This document shows, piece after piece, positions 36,957 to 45,142 of a DNA stretch of 64,000 nt. The notes beneath the pieces were generated by a model, which was given only the letters and a program-made list of their open reading frames with translations, was not told where the DNA came from and searched no databases. This DNA comes from Aggregatilineales bacterium (GTDB lineage Bacteria; Chloroflexota; Anaerolineae; Aggregatilineales; Phototrophicaceae), in the NCBI GenBank assembly GCA_038248285.1, contig JBBRTY010000001.1:5766-69765 (forward strand). Reading direction: 5' to 3'. Both the position numbers and the translations under genes were made by a program. Position 1 is the first letter of the stretch, and every line of letters starts with the position of its first letter.

Positions 36957-37994
36957 ATGCTCCGTCGCACATTAAACTCCAATTGGTTTTACATCCTGCT
37001 CTGTGGCTTTTTGATCCTCTTGCCGCATCTCATCGGCTGGCTCACGGGGGACAGCCCATTAGGGGTGCGTGGTCGTCCTGTGGGGCAATCCATCTATTGG
37101 CAAGGCATCTTCATCGAAGTCTTCATCTTGGCGGTCCTAGCGATGAGCTATAACCTCATCTTTGGGTTTACTGGGGTGATCTCATTCGGGCATGCACTCT
37201 TCTTCGGCATTGGCGGCTACATCCTCGGTCTGTCATTGGAATATACCGATATGACCGCCGAGACGGGGTTGCTGGTCGGCATCGTGATTACCCTAATTGT
37301 CAGCACTCTTCTGGGCTTGGGGATCGGGCTGGTCTCGCTGCGGCTCAAAGGCGTCTATTTTGCCATGTTTACGCTGGCGGTTGCCGAAATGTTCTTCATT
37401 TTCTTTGGTCGGTTCGCCCTCACCCGCGCCGAAGATGGTTTCTCCCTCACCGAACTCCCAGAGTGGATCGATCCCACGCGCAATCGGTTGGTCTTCTATT
37501 ACATCGCGATGACGCTCTTCGTGTTGACCTTTATGTTCATCCGGCGCTTGATCTTCTCGCCAACGGGGGCTGTCCTGTTGGCAATTCGCGAAAACGAAGA
37601 CCGCGCGAAAACCATTGGCTTCAATACCCTCGCCTTCAAGCTGCTGGCGATCACTTTGGCAGGGGTCATTGCCTCCCTTGCCGGCATCTTACAGGTCATC
37701 TTCAATAAAAAGGTCGGTCCTGAACTGCTGAATGTCAGTTATACGATTGACCCCCTCTTGATGACGATCATCGGCGGCACCGGCACCCTCACCGGACCCA
37801 TCGTCGGGGCAGCGGGTCTGCACCTCAGCGACCGATTGCTGCGCGATCTAGTGGTCACCGTGGGTGACACCAGCATCGATATTGGCGCAAACTGGACGCT
37901 CATCTTGGGCATCATTTTTATCGTGGTGGTGCTTATCTTCCCTTATGGCATTGTCGGCACGGTTAACCGCTGGCGCGCCAAGCGACGTGCCTAA
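36957..37994 (+). CDS. livM: Branched-chain amino-acid ABC transporter permease (LivM-like)
   Basis: Polytopic protein with the motif GVISFGHALFFGIGGY, typical of LivM. Start placed at ATG 36957 (GGGAGG 7 nt upstream) rather than the ORF-track 36936. Confidence 0.75.
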   Translation: MLRRTLNSNWFYILLCGFLILLPHLIGWLTGDSPLGVRGRPVGQSIYWQGIFIEVFILAVLAMSYNLIFGFTGVISFGHALFFGIGGYILGLSLEYTDMTAETGLLVGIVITLIVSTLLGLGIGLVSLRLKGVYFAMFTLAVAEMFFIFFGRFALTRAEDGFSLTELPEWIDPTRNRLVFYYIAMTLFVLTFMFIRRLIFSPTGAVLLAIRENEDRAKTIGFNTLAFKLLAITLAGVIASLAGILQVIFNKKVGPELLNVSYTIDPLLMTIIGGTGTLTGPIVGAAGLHLSDRLLRDLVVTVGDTSIDIGANWTLILGIIFIVVVLIFPYGIVGTVNRWRAKRRA

Positions 37995-38051
37995 GCTGTT
38001 ATACCCATTCTCGGATGCAATAGACCCATAAAAATAACGGGAGCGTCGATC

Positions 38052-38483
38052 ATGAATATCACGAACGAACAAAAACACCTCGTTCAAAAGACATTTGGCG
38101 AAATCGCGGATACCGAACGCCTTGCCACTCGCCTCTATGAACGCTTATTTGAAATCGACCCAACGACGCAAACCCTCTTTATGCGAAATATGGCAGAACA
38201 ACGCACCATGCTCCTTCTGGCAATTTCCACAGTGGTCTACGGTATCAACGATATCCCCGCTATCTCCCCTGCCATCCAACATCTCAGCAAGCGACACGTC
38301 GGCTATGGCGTCACGCTTCAACACTGGCATAATATGAGTCCAGCTTTGATGGGGGCGCTCGAAGATATGTTAGGCACAAGCTTCACGCCCGAAGTCCGCG
38401 ATGCTTGGCTGGCTGCCTATGGGGTGATTACCCAAATCGTTATCGACACCGCCTATCCTCATGTCGGAAACACGTCCATGTGA
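38052..38483 (+). CDS. Single-domain globin (globin-sensor-like fold without output domain)
   Basis: 143 aa. The sequence QKHLVQKTFGEI.....ATRLYERLFEIDPTTQTLF...LSKRHVGYGVTLQHW carries a proximal-His context (RH..YGV) and the overall helix pattern of bacterial globins. Confidence 0.7.
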   Translation: MNITNEQKHLVQKTFGEIADTERLATRLYERLFEIDPTTQTLFMRNMAEQRTMLLLAISTVVYGINDIPAISPAIQHLSKRHVGYGVTLQHWHNMSPALMGALEDMLGTSFTPEVRDAWLAAYGVITQIVIDTAYPHVGNTSM

Positions 38484-38771
38484 GCATCTTCGCATCCTGT
38501 TATGCCAGTGCCTCACGGCAGAATCCGCTTCTTCACATCCTCAGTGGAAGTACATCTCATCCGTACTTCCACGTTCATTTCCCCACCAGTAAACGCTATA
38601 TCGTTTTCCAAATCAACCTTATTGATATTAGGTATCATCACATGAATTTGGTTAAGCATTAACATCATCTTACTAATAATTTTAATCCTCACTAGATACC
38701 ATGAATTTTGGATACCGTTCGAGGTATTCAAATCTGTTCATAAAGTCCATGTTCTTTAGAGGAGTTCCCAT

Positions 38772-40580
38772 ATGAATTTCGCACGCTTCTTTATGCGTCG
38801 CAGCAGCTTGGCGTTGGTCATCATCGCTGTCCTGTTGCCGTTCGCATCGGTTACCGCGCAAGATGCGGTGCCGGTTCTGATTTTGCCAGTGGATCAAGCC
38901 AATTTCCTGCCCGGCGCCCTGTTTGATTTCCGTGTAGAAATCCACACCGACGCGATGCCCGAAGATGTCACTGTCACTGTCAATGGCACCGATGCCAGCG
39001 AACTATTTGGCGCTGAAGCTACTGTCGAAAGCTGGTCGTTCGGTTCTGAAGAGAACCCCACCCCCGCTCAATCGATGATTTGGCGCGATTTGACCGCCCC
39101 CGAAGCTGGCGAATACGTCATTGAAGTCACCACGGGTGGCAACACCACCAGCGTCACATGGACTGTGCGCGAAGCTAGTACCGAACGTGTCGCCCAAAAC
39201 GTTATCCTCTTCGTTGCTGACGGCATGACCGTACAAATGCTCACCGCCGCGCGCTTGGCGCGTGGTACGGTGCAAGGTCTGCCCACCAATCCCTTGATGG
39301 TGGACTCGGCTCCCTTTATCGGTTTGTCGCACACGAGCAGCATCGATAGCCCGATGTCAGACAGCGCCAACACCGCCAGCGCCTTGAACACCGGTCATAT
39401 CGGCAGCATCAACGCCACCGGCAGCTATTCTGACACTTCGCCGGATAGCCTTGATGACCCCCGCGTCGAAACCTTCGCGTCTATGGTCAGCCGCGTCTAT
39501 GGCATGTCCGTCGGCGTCGTCACCACCGCCGATTTTAGCGATGCTACCCCCGCCGCTGTGTGGGCATCGGGTCGTAATCGTGGCAACGGCAACCGCAACG
39601 CTTACCTCGTACAAGCTTTGGAAGCTGGCTATATCGACGTTCTGATGGGTGGCGGCGCACGCCGCTTGATCCCGATGGCGACCGAAGGCTCGCGTCGTGA
39701 AGACGAACGCAACCTGTTTGACGAATACGCTGCCGCTGGTTACACCATCGTCACCACGGCTACTGAGCTGGACGCCGCCGCTGACGCCGAACGCCTGTTG
39801 GGTGTCTTCAACCCCAATGATATGAACGTTTGGTTGGATCGCAACGTCTACACCAATAACCTCGGTGACTTCACTGACCAACCCGGTCTGGTGCAAATGA
39901 CGTTGGCTGCCTTGAATACCCTCAACCAAAACGAAAATGGCTTCTATCTTTCGGTCGAAGCCGCCAGTGTTGACAAACAAATGCACCCCTTGGATCAAGA
40001 ACGTGCCCTCAGCGATTTGATTGAATTCGATCAAGCACTCGCCGCCGCCGCCGCTTGGGTTGCTGAAAACGCTCCCGACACCTTGATTGTCGTCACCGCC
40101 GACCACGCGCATGGCTATGAAGTCTTCGGTACCGTTGATGTCACTGCCTTCAACGCCGCCGCCGATGATGCCGGTCGCCGTGATGCCATCAACACTTATG
40201 CCGACGCCGAATACCCCAATTACCCCGATGCCAATGGCGACGGTTTCCCTGAATGGGCGGATGCCACGATTGTTTTGGCGGGCAACGTCAATAATGGTCC
40301 CGACCGCACCGAGAACTTCCAAGTGAGCGAAACCCCGCGCGTGCCCGCTATCAGCGTTGACGGTATCTATGTCGACAATCCCGAAGATGACTAGAACTGT
40401 ATTTTCGTCTCCGGCAATTTGCCTTTGGGTAGCGGTTCCAGTGGCGTCCACACCTTGGCAGATAACCCGATCTTCGCATGGGGACCCGGTGCCGAAGGCG
40501 TCAGTGGCGTCTATCACCAACGTGAAGTCTTCTTCATCATGGCGAACGCTTTGGGTCTCAACCCGGCTGCCGCTGAATAA
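38772..40580 (+). pseudogene. phoA: PhoA-family alkaline phosphatase interrupted by one in-frame TAG (40392-40394)
   Basis: Signal peptide MNFARFFMRRSSLALVIIAVLLPFASVTAQ. Metal and nucleophile motifs are ILFVADGMT, MSDSANTASALNTGH and VVTADHAHG. After the TAG the same frame continues for 61 codons and encodes the conserved C-terminal block SSGVHTLADNPIFAWGPGAEGVSGVYHQREVFFIMANALGL, ending at TAA 40578-40580. A hairpin follows at 40599-40626. Confidence 0.75.
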
Positions 40581-40598
40581 CCATCCAAGGTAAACTAT

Positions 40599-40626
40599 CC
40601 GGTGCCCTTCTCATTAAGGGGCACCG
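40599..40626 (+). terminator. Hairpin downstream of the full-length phosphatase reading frame
   Basis: CCGGTGCCC (40599-40607), loop, then GGGCACCGG (40618-40626), 19 nt after the TAA at 40580. No strong U-tract. Confidence 0.4.
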
Positions 40627-40704
40627 GGTTCCTCCCCCCAAAAATAGATTTACGAACATAATTCTTGATACCCGTCCAACTCCAAAATTATCGAGGTCTG
40701 TGCA

Positions 40705-41382
40705 ATGCCTATACGATTTTTTGCCCTAGTCGCCATCAGTCTGCTGGCAGCCTGTTCACCCGCCAACAATAGTCTACAACCTGTGACCCCTCTACCGACC
40801 AGCAACGCGGAAGCCACGATTGCCCCTACCGTTGAATCAGCGTTGCCGACATCCACCCAAATGCCAACGGATGGGGCAGCAATAGGGGCAGCCACCAGCA
40901 CCCCGCTCACCATTAATTTGAGCATGGGCGAAGCGCGCGCTATCGCCGCCGCCACCGACGCCGCCCTGCAACCCACACCGCGCCAACCGATACTCTTTGA
41001 CTCCGAGCCGGTCAGCATCCAATTTGATGAATTCTACGATGGTTACAACATGCGCACGGGTTTAGTCTTGTCTGACAAATTGGTCTCGCTCGACGGCAGA
41101 ACGGCGATCCTTGAAGGCTATATGGCTCCTCCTCTGAAAGCCGAGCTTGATTATTTTGTTGTGACGCGCATTCAATTATCATTTTGCCCATTTTGCAGCA
41201 CCGCCGCCGATTGGCCCGATGACATCGCTCTCGTTTATATGCCCGAAGGGCAAGGTGCCCTCGCTACAGATCGCCCCGTCCGTATCATCGGACGCATGGA
41301 AATCGGTCGGTCGGTCGATCATGAAACCGGCATGGTCAGTCTTGTGCGTCTGTTCGCTGACCGGGTGGAGATCATCGGTTGA
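40705..41382 (+). CDS. Lipoprotein, DUF3299-like
   Basis: Lipobox FFALVAISLLAAC|S. The C-terminal segment DGRTAILEGYMAPPLKAELDYFVVTRIQLSFCPFCSTAADWPDDIALVYM resembles DUF3299 proteins that accompany FtsX-type ABC systems. Confidence 0.45.
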   Translation: MPIRFFALVAISLLAACSPANNSLQPVTPLPTSNAEATIAPTVESALPTSTQMPTDGAAIGAATSTPLTINLSMGEARAIAAATDAALQPTPRQPILFDSEPVSIQFDEFYDGYNMRTGLVLSDKLVSLDGRTAILEGYMAPPLKAELDYFVVTRIQLSFCPFCSTAADWPDDIALVYMPEGQGALATDRPVRIIGRMEIGRSVDHETGMVSLVRLFADRVEIIG

Positions 41383-42089
41383 TCCTGCGCCTCGAAAACC
41401 TTACCCATACCTATAAAACAACGGGGCTAGAGGCACGTACCGTCCTCGACATTGGCATGTGGTCACTCGGCGAGGGTATTCAACTCTTGGTGCGCGGTGT
41501 CAGCGGCAGCGGCAAAACTACCTTGTTCAACATCATCGCTGGGCTGTTACGCCCAACAACAGGGGAAGTTTATCTTGGAGAGCAAGCCCTCTATAGGCTG
41601 CCCGAAGCTGTTCGGGATGGCGCACGTGCCCAAAAGATTGGCTATATTTTCCAAACTCATCATTTGCTACCCGCCTTCACTGCCCTCGAAAACGTCATCA
41701 TGCCCTTGCAATTCGCAGGCACCTTGCCTGCGTCTCATCGGGCAGAGTGGGCAAAGCAGCTCCTCGTTCAGGTTGGTTTAGGTGACTACCTCCATCATCG
41801 TCCTAGCCAACTCAGCACCGGACAGCGTTTGCGAGTTGCGGTCGCACGGGGACTCGCCAATCAGCCGTCGCTCATCCTCGCCGATGAACCTACCGCCGCG
41901 CTTGATCCCGATAACGGCGCGGTGATCATGGATTTATTGCAGACCGCGTGCCGCCAAACCAACGCCACCCTCATCGTCGCCAGCCATGACCCCGCACTTG
42001 CCGACCGTTTTGACCAGCAAATCAACCTGCACGCCGGCAAGATCACCGCCATGCCACCGATTGGGGAGAGAAAACTTCATGCGCTATGA
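41379..42089 (+). CDS. ABC transporter ATP-binding protein (MacB/LolD/FtsE type)
   Basis: Walker A GVSGSGKTT, signature LSTGQRLRVAVARGL and Walker B LILADEPTAALD. The TTG start overlaps the upstream stop (TTGA). Confidence 0.85.
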   Translation: MILRLENLTHTYKTTGLEARTVLDIGMWSLGEGIQLLVRGVSGSGKTTLFNIIAGLLRPTTGEVYLGEQALYRLPEAVRDGARAQKIGYIFQTHHLLPAFTALENVIMPLQFAGTLPASHRAEWAKQLLVQVGLGDYLHHRPSQLSTGQRLRVAVARGLANQPSLILADEPTAALDPDNGAVIMDLLQTACRQTNATLIVASHDPALADRFDQQINLHAGKITAMPPIGERKLHAL

Positions 42090-43329
42090 TTTTTTCCTGG
42101 CATGGCGCGGCTTACGTGCCCGTCCAGTACAAACCCTGATCACCATCCTGATTATCGGGCTGGCGGTCGGCTTACCATTAGCGGTACTCAGCTTGGGCGA
42201 TGGCGCACGTCAAGGCATCATCCGCGCCAGCGACCCATTCGGGGTTTTGGTGGTGGGTGCCAAAGGCAGCGGACAACAACTCGTCCTTAGTACCATCTTG
42301 TTACAAGGCAATCCCGTTGGCAATATCCCCTTCACCGTCTACACCGACCTGCAAGCCGATCCACGCGCGGCGCTCACCGTCCCTATCGCGCTAGGCGACA
42401 ATATTGGCGGGGCGCGTATCATCGGTACTTCTGTCGATTTGCTTGAACTGCGCCCCACTGTCAACGACCCACCTACATTTCGCATCGCCGCTGGGCGGTT
42501 TTTTACAAGTGACTTTGAAGCCGTCCTTGGCAGCAGTGTCGCGCGCACGCTGGGCTTACAGCTAGGCGACACCTTTTACGCAGCGCATGGCACCGGACGC
42601 GGTTTAGCCACGGATCTCCACGATGAAGCCGCCTATAGCGTCGTTGGCATCTTTGAAAATACGACCAGCCCCTTTGATAATGCCGTCTTCACCTCTGTCG
42701 CCAGCGTATGGGAAGTTCATGAAGAGGAAGAAGGGGCACCGCCATCTTTGCTCGACAATTTAGAGATTGGCGCAGCCGCCGAAACCGACCAAATCACAGC
42801 GATTTTGGTCAAACCGATTGGCTTCATTGAAGCCAATCAATTATGGCAAACTTTCGCAACCGGTACGGTTGCCCAAGCCGCCTTCCCCGGTCAAGAGTTA
42901 GGTGCATTGTTTGATCTTTTAGGACAAGGGGAGCGCATTTTGACCGCCGTCGGCATCCTCGTCATGGTCATCGCCGGCTTGACGGTCTTCCTGTCGATGT
43001 ATAGCGCCATTGCCGCCCGCCAACAAACCATCGCCATCATGCGCGGTCTAGGCGGCAACCGTATCACAATCTTTCGCGTCGTCATTATCGAGTCACTCCT
43101 CGTCATGCTGATCGGCACCTTGTTTGGGCGCGTCGTTGGCTATGGTGCGGCATTCATTGTGGCAGCAGCCTTGTCTCAACAATCGGCTATCCCTATCCCG
43201 CTCCGTTTCCTGCCTTCTTTGGAACCCCTATTGTGGCTATTGCCGCTTAGTCTCGGTCTATTCGCCAGTCTAATCCCCGCCTATCAAGCCTATCGTGTCG
43301 ATGTCGTTGAGCATTTATTCCCGTCATGA
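42079..43329 (+). CDS. ABC transporter permease, FtsX/MacB-like
   Basis: Starts MRYDFFLAWRGLRARPVQTL (typical FtsX-family start), followed by a large extracytoplasmic loop and a C-terminal 3-TM FtsX domain. GGGGAGAG lies upstream of ATG 42079. The ORF-track start at 41986 is inside the ATPase gene. Confidence 0.8.
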   Translation: MRYDFFLAWRGLRARPVQTLITILIIGLAVGLPLAVLSLGDGARQGIIRASDPFGVLVVGAKGSGQQLVLSTILLQGNPVGNIPFTVYTDLQADPRAALTVPIALGDNIGGARIIGTSVDLLELRPTVNDPPTFRIAAGRFFTSDFEAVLGSSVARTLGLQLGDTFYAAHGTGRGLATDLHDEAAYSVVGIFENTTSPFDNAVFTSVASVWEVHEEEEGAPPSLLDNLEIGAAAETDQITAILVKPIGFIEANQLWQTFATGTVAQAAFPGQELGALFDLLGQGERILTAVGILVMVIAGLTVFLSMYSAIAARQQTIAIMRGLGGNRITIFRVVIIESLLVMLIGTLFGRVVGYGAAFIVAAALSQQSAIPIPLRFLPSLEPLLWLLPLSLGLFASLIPAYQAYRVDVVEHLFPS

Positions 43330-43871
43330 CTGCCCTCCTAGCGCTGGCATGGCGTTGGTTGATCCTAATCGTGTGGGGGATCGCGCTGTCTGGTTGCGCC
43401 CCCTCCCCACCGCCTGATCTCGCCGCACCGACCGCCACCGAAGCCCCGTTTTATGCCCCAGACTTTACCCTCATGACCTCAGACGGGGAGCCTGTGACGC
43501 TCTCCGATCAACGTGGTCGCTGGGTCATGTTGAACTTTTGGGCGACATGGTGCGTCCCCTGTGTGGCAGAAATGCCCATCCTGCAAACCCTTGCCGATGA
43601 ACGTGCGGATCAGATCGCCTTATTCGGGATCAATGTCCGCGAAGATAGGTCCCAAGTCGCGGACTTCATCGCTGCCCATAATCTCACCTTTCCCATCCTG
43701 CTCAACCCGCCGGATAGCGTCCTCTCAGATTATCTGGTCATGGGGTTGCCCCAAACCCTCGTGATCGACCCCAATGGCGAAATCCTCTGGCGACAATTCG
43801 GACCGCTCGACCTTTCAGCATTTGGGGAACTGCTCGACTCGCTCATCGCCTCACGACGCTCAAATCCCTAG
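43326..43871 (+). CDS. TlpA/ResA-family thiol-disulfide oxidoreductase (membrane-anchored thioredoxin fold)
   Basis: N-terminal TM followed by the FWATWCVPCVAEMP (CxxC) motif. ATGA overlap with the permease gene. Confidence 0.8.
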   Translation: MTALLALAWRWLILIVWGIALSGCAPSPPPDLAAPTATEAPFYAPDFTLMTSDGEPVTLSDQRGRWVMLNFWATWCVPCVAEMPILQTLADERADQIALFGINVREDRSQVADFIAAHNLTFPILLNPPDSVLSDYLVMGLPQTLVIDPNGEILWRQFGPLDLSAFGELLDSLIASRRSNP

Positions 43872-44014
43872 CCCCCCCCTTATTATTTTTTCGCATCCGT
43901 GTTAAGTTCATTAAAATTGGCGCGTGATACCTCTGTCTTTAGACATGGGGAGGGATAGCGCCTTTTTCCTTTCAAGTCCTTGATATTTCCAAACGAATGT
44001 ATTACACTTCGGCT

Positions 44015-44923
44015 ATGAAACTAACTGCGATTGTGAAATTGTTGCCGACCGACGAACAACGGCAAACCCTGCGCCAAACGCTTGAGCGTGCCAATGCCGC
44101 TTGCAATTGGATTAGCTTGCAAGCGTGGGACACGAAAACGTTCAACAACGTGGCACTGCATCACTTGACCTACTATCCGGTGCGTGAACAGTTCGCGTTG
44201 TCGGCGCAAGTGGTGGTGCACTGCATCGGCAAGGTGAGCGATGCGTACAAACTGGATAAGAAGGTGCAACGCACGTTCAAACCGCACGGGGCGATTGCCT
44301 TCGACAGCCGCATCCTCACATGGCACATTGAGCAGCGAACGGTTTCCATCTGGACGCTTGACGGTCGCGCCGTGATTACCTTCCAAGCGGGTGAAAGTCA
44401 CATCGAACTGTTGAAGTTTCAACAGGGTGAGAGCGACCTGGTGTATTGCAAGGGCGCGTTCTATTTGTATGCAACGTGCGATATTCCCGATGCAACGCCG
44501 ATTGACCCTGAAGGCTTTCTGGGCGCGGACATGGGCATTAAAAATATCCTTGCCGATAGCGATGGCACCATCTACAGCGCCAAACATTTGCTCAACGTGC
44601 GTCACCGCCACCGCCGTTTGTGCAAGAAACTGCATAGCTGGTCGTTCGCACAGTTGAGGGCAACCATCGGCTACAAAGCCGCAGGCGCTGGCGTTAGATC
44701 TGTCGCCGTCGACGCCCGCTATACCTCTCAACAATGTTCGTGCTGTGGTCATACGTCTCGCTCCAATCGTCCTAATCAAGCTACTTTTTCCTGTGTCGCG
44801 TGTGGTTTCGCTTGCCACGCCGACCTGAATGCGGCTCGTGTCATTGCGAGTCGGGCGGCAGTCAATCCGCCGTACGCAGTGTGTATCTTGGGCTTCGCGC
44901 CCGTCACAACTGCAAGCCCCTAG
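44015..44923 (+). CDS. tnpB: TnpB/InsQ-like (IS200/IS605 accessory, RNA-guided nuclease family) protein with internal in-frame deletion
   Basis: Typical N-terminus MKLTAIVKLLPTDEQRQTL. RuvC-I FLGADMGIKN, the zinc finger CSCCGH...CVACGF and RuvC-III HADLNAA are present. However ...RHRHRRLCKKLH joins directly to SWSFAQLRATIGYKA, so the roughly 65-75 residue segment that normally carries the RuvC-II Glu (..ALEDL..) is missing. No tnpA lies nearby. Confidence 0.75.
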   Translation: MKLTAIVKLLPTDEQRQTLRQTLERANAACNWISLQAWDTKTFNNVALHHLTYYPVREQFALSAQVVVHCIGKVSDAYKLDKKVQRTFKPHGAIAFDSRILTWHIEQRTVSIWTLDGRAVITFQAGESHIELLKFQQGESDLVYCKGAFYLYATCDIPDATPIDPEGFLGADMGIKNILADSDGTIYSAKHLLNVRHRHRRLCKKLHSWSFAQLRATIGYKAAGAGVRSVAVDARYTSQQCSCCGHTSRSNRPNQATFSCVACGFACHADLNAARVIASRAAVNPPYAVCILGFAPVTTASP

Positions 44924-44932
44924 CTTTAGCTA

Positions 44933-45079
44933 CAGGGCTGTTGCAAAGTCGAAAGAGGACAAATTCAATGAATAGCAGATTTGATAATCCCCACCCCGTC
45001 CGACCGAAGGTCAGACGGGGTGGGGATATGCTTTGTGATCCACTGAAATTGTTTCACACAAGACTTTGCAACAGCCCTG
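44933..45079. mobile_element. 147-bp MITE-like element with 18-bp perfect terminal inverted repeats and 9-bp direct flanking duplication
   Basis: The TIRs are CAGGGCTGTTGCAAAGTC (44933-44950) and GACTTTGCAACAGCCCTG (45062-45079). They are flanked by CTTTAGCTA at 44924-44932 and 45080-45088. An internal GC hairpin spans 44989-45025 (CCCCACCCCGTC...GACGGGGTGGGG). Confidence 0.6.
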
Positions 45080-45142
45080 CTTTAGCTATGGGGTCGTTGA
45101 CAGTCAGCAGTCTGGACTAGCCACCTTCGGAAAGATAACATC

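Noticed and set aside
40392-40394. Reading the in-frame TAG in phoA as pyrrolysine or a reassigned codon.
   Set aside because: No pyl genes or suppressor tRNA are in the window. TAG also terminates other well-defined genes here, for example the precursor gene at 5430-5432, the tyrosine kinase at 10214-10216 and tnpB at 44921-44923. A nonsense mutation, a sequencing error or low-level read-through are more parsimonious.
39357-40520. 387-aa ORF on the minus strand.
   Set aside because: It is antisense to the alkaline phosphatase gene and has a Gly/Val/Asp-rich low-complexity translation. The plus-strand frame carries all the PhoA motifs.
44021-44818. 265-aa ORF on the minus strand.
   Set aside because: It is antisense to the TnpB-like gene. 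The plus-strand frame carries the RuvC and zinc-finger motifs.
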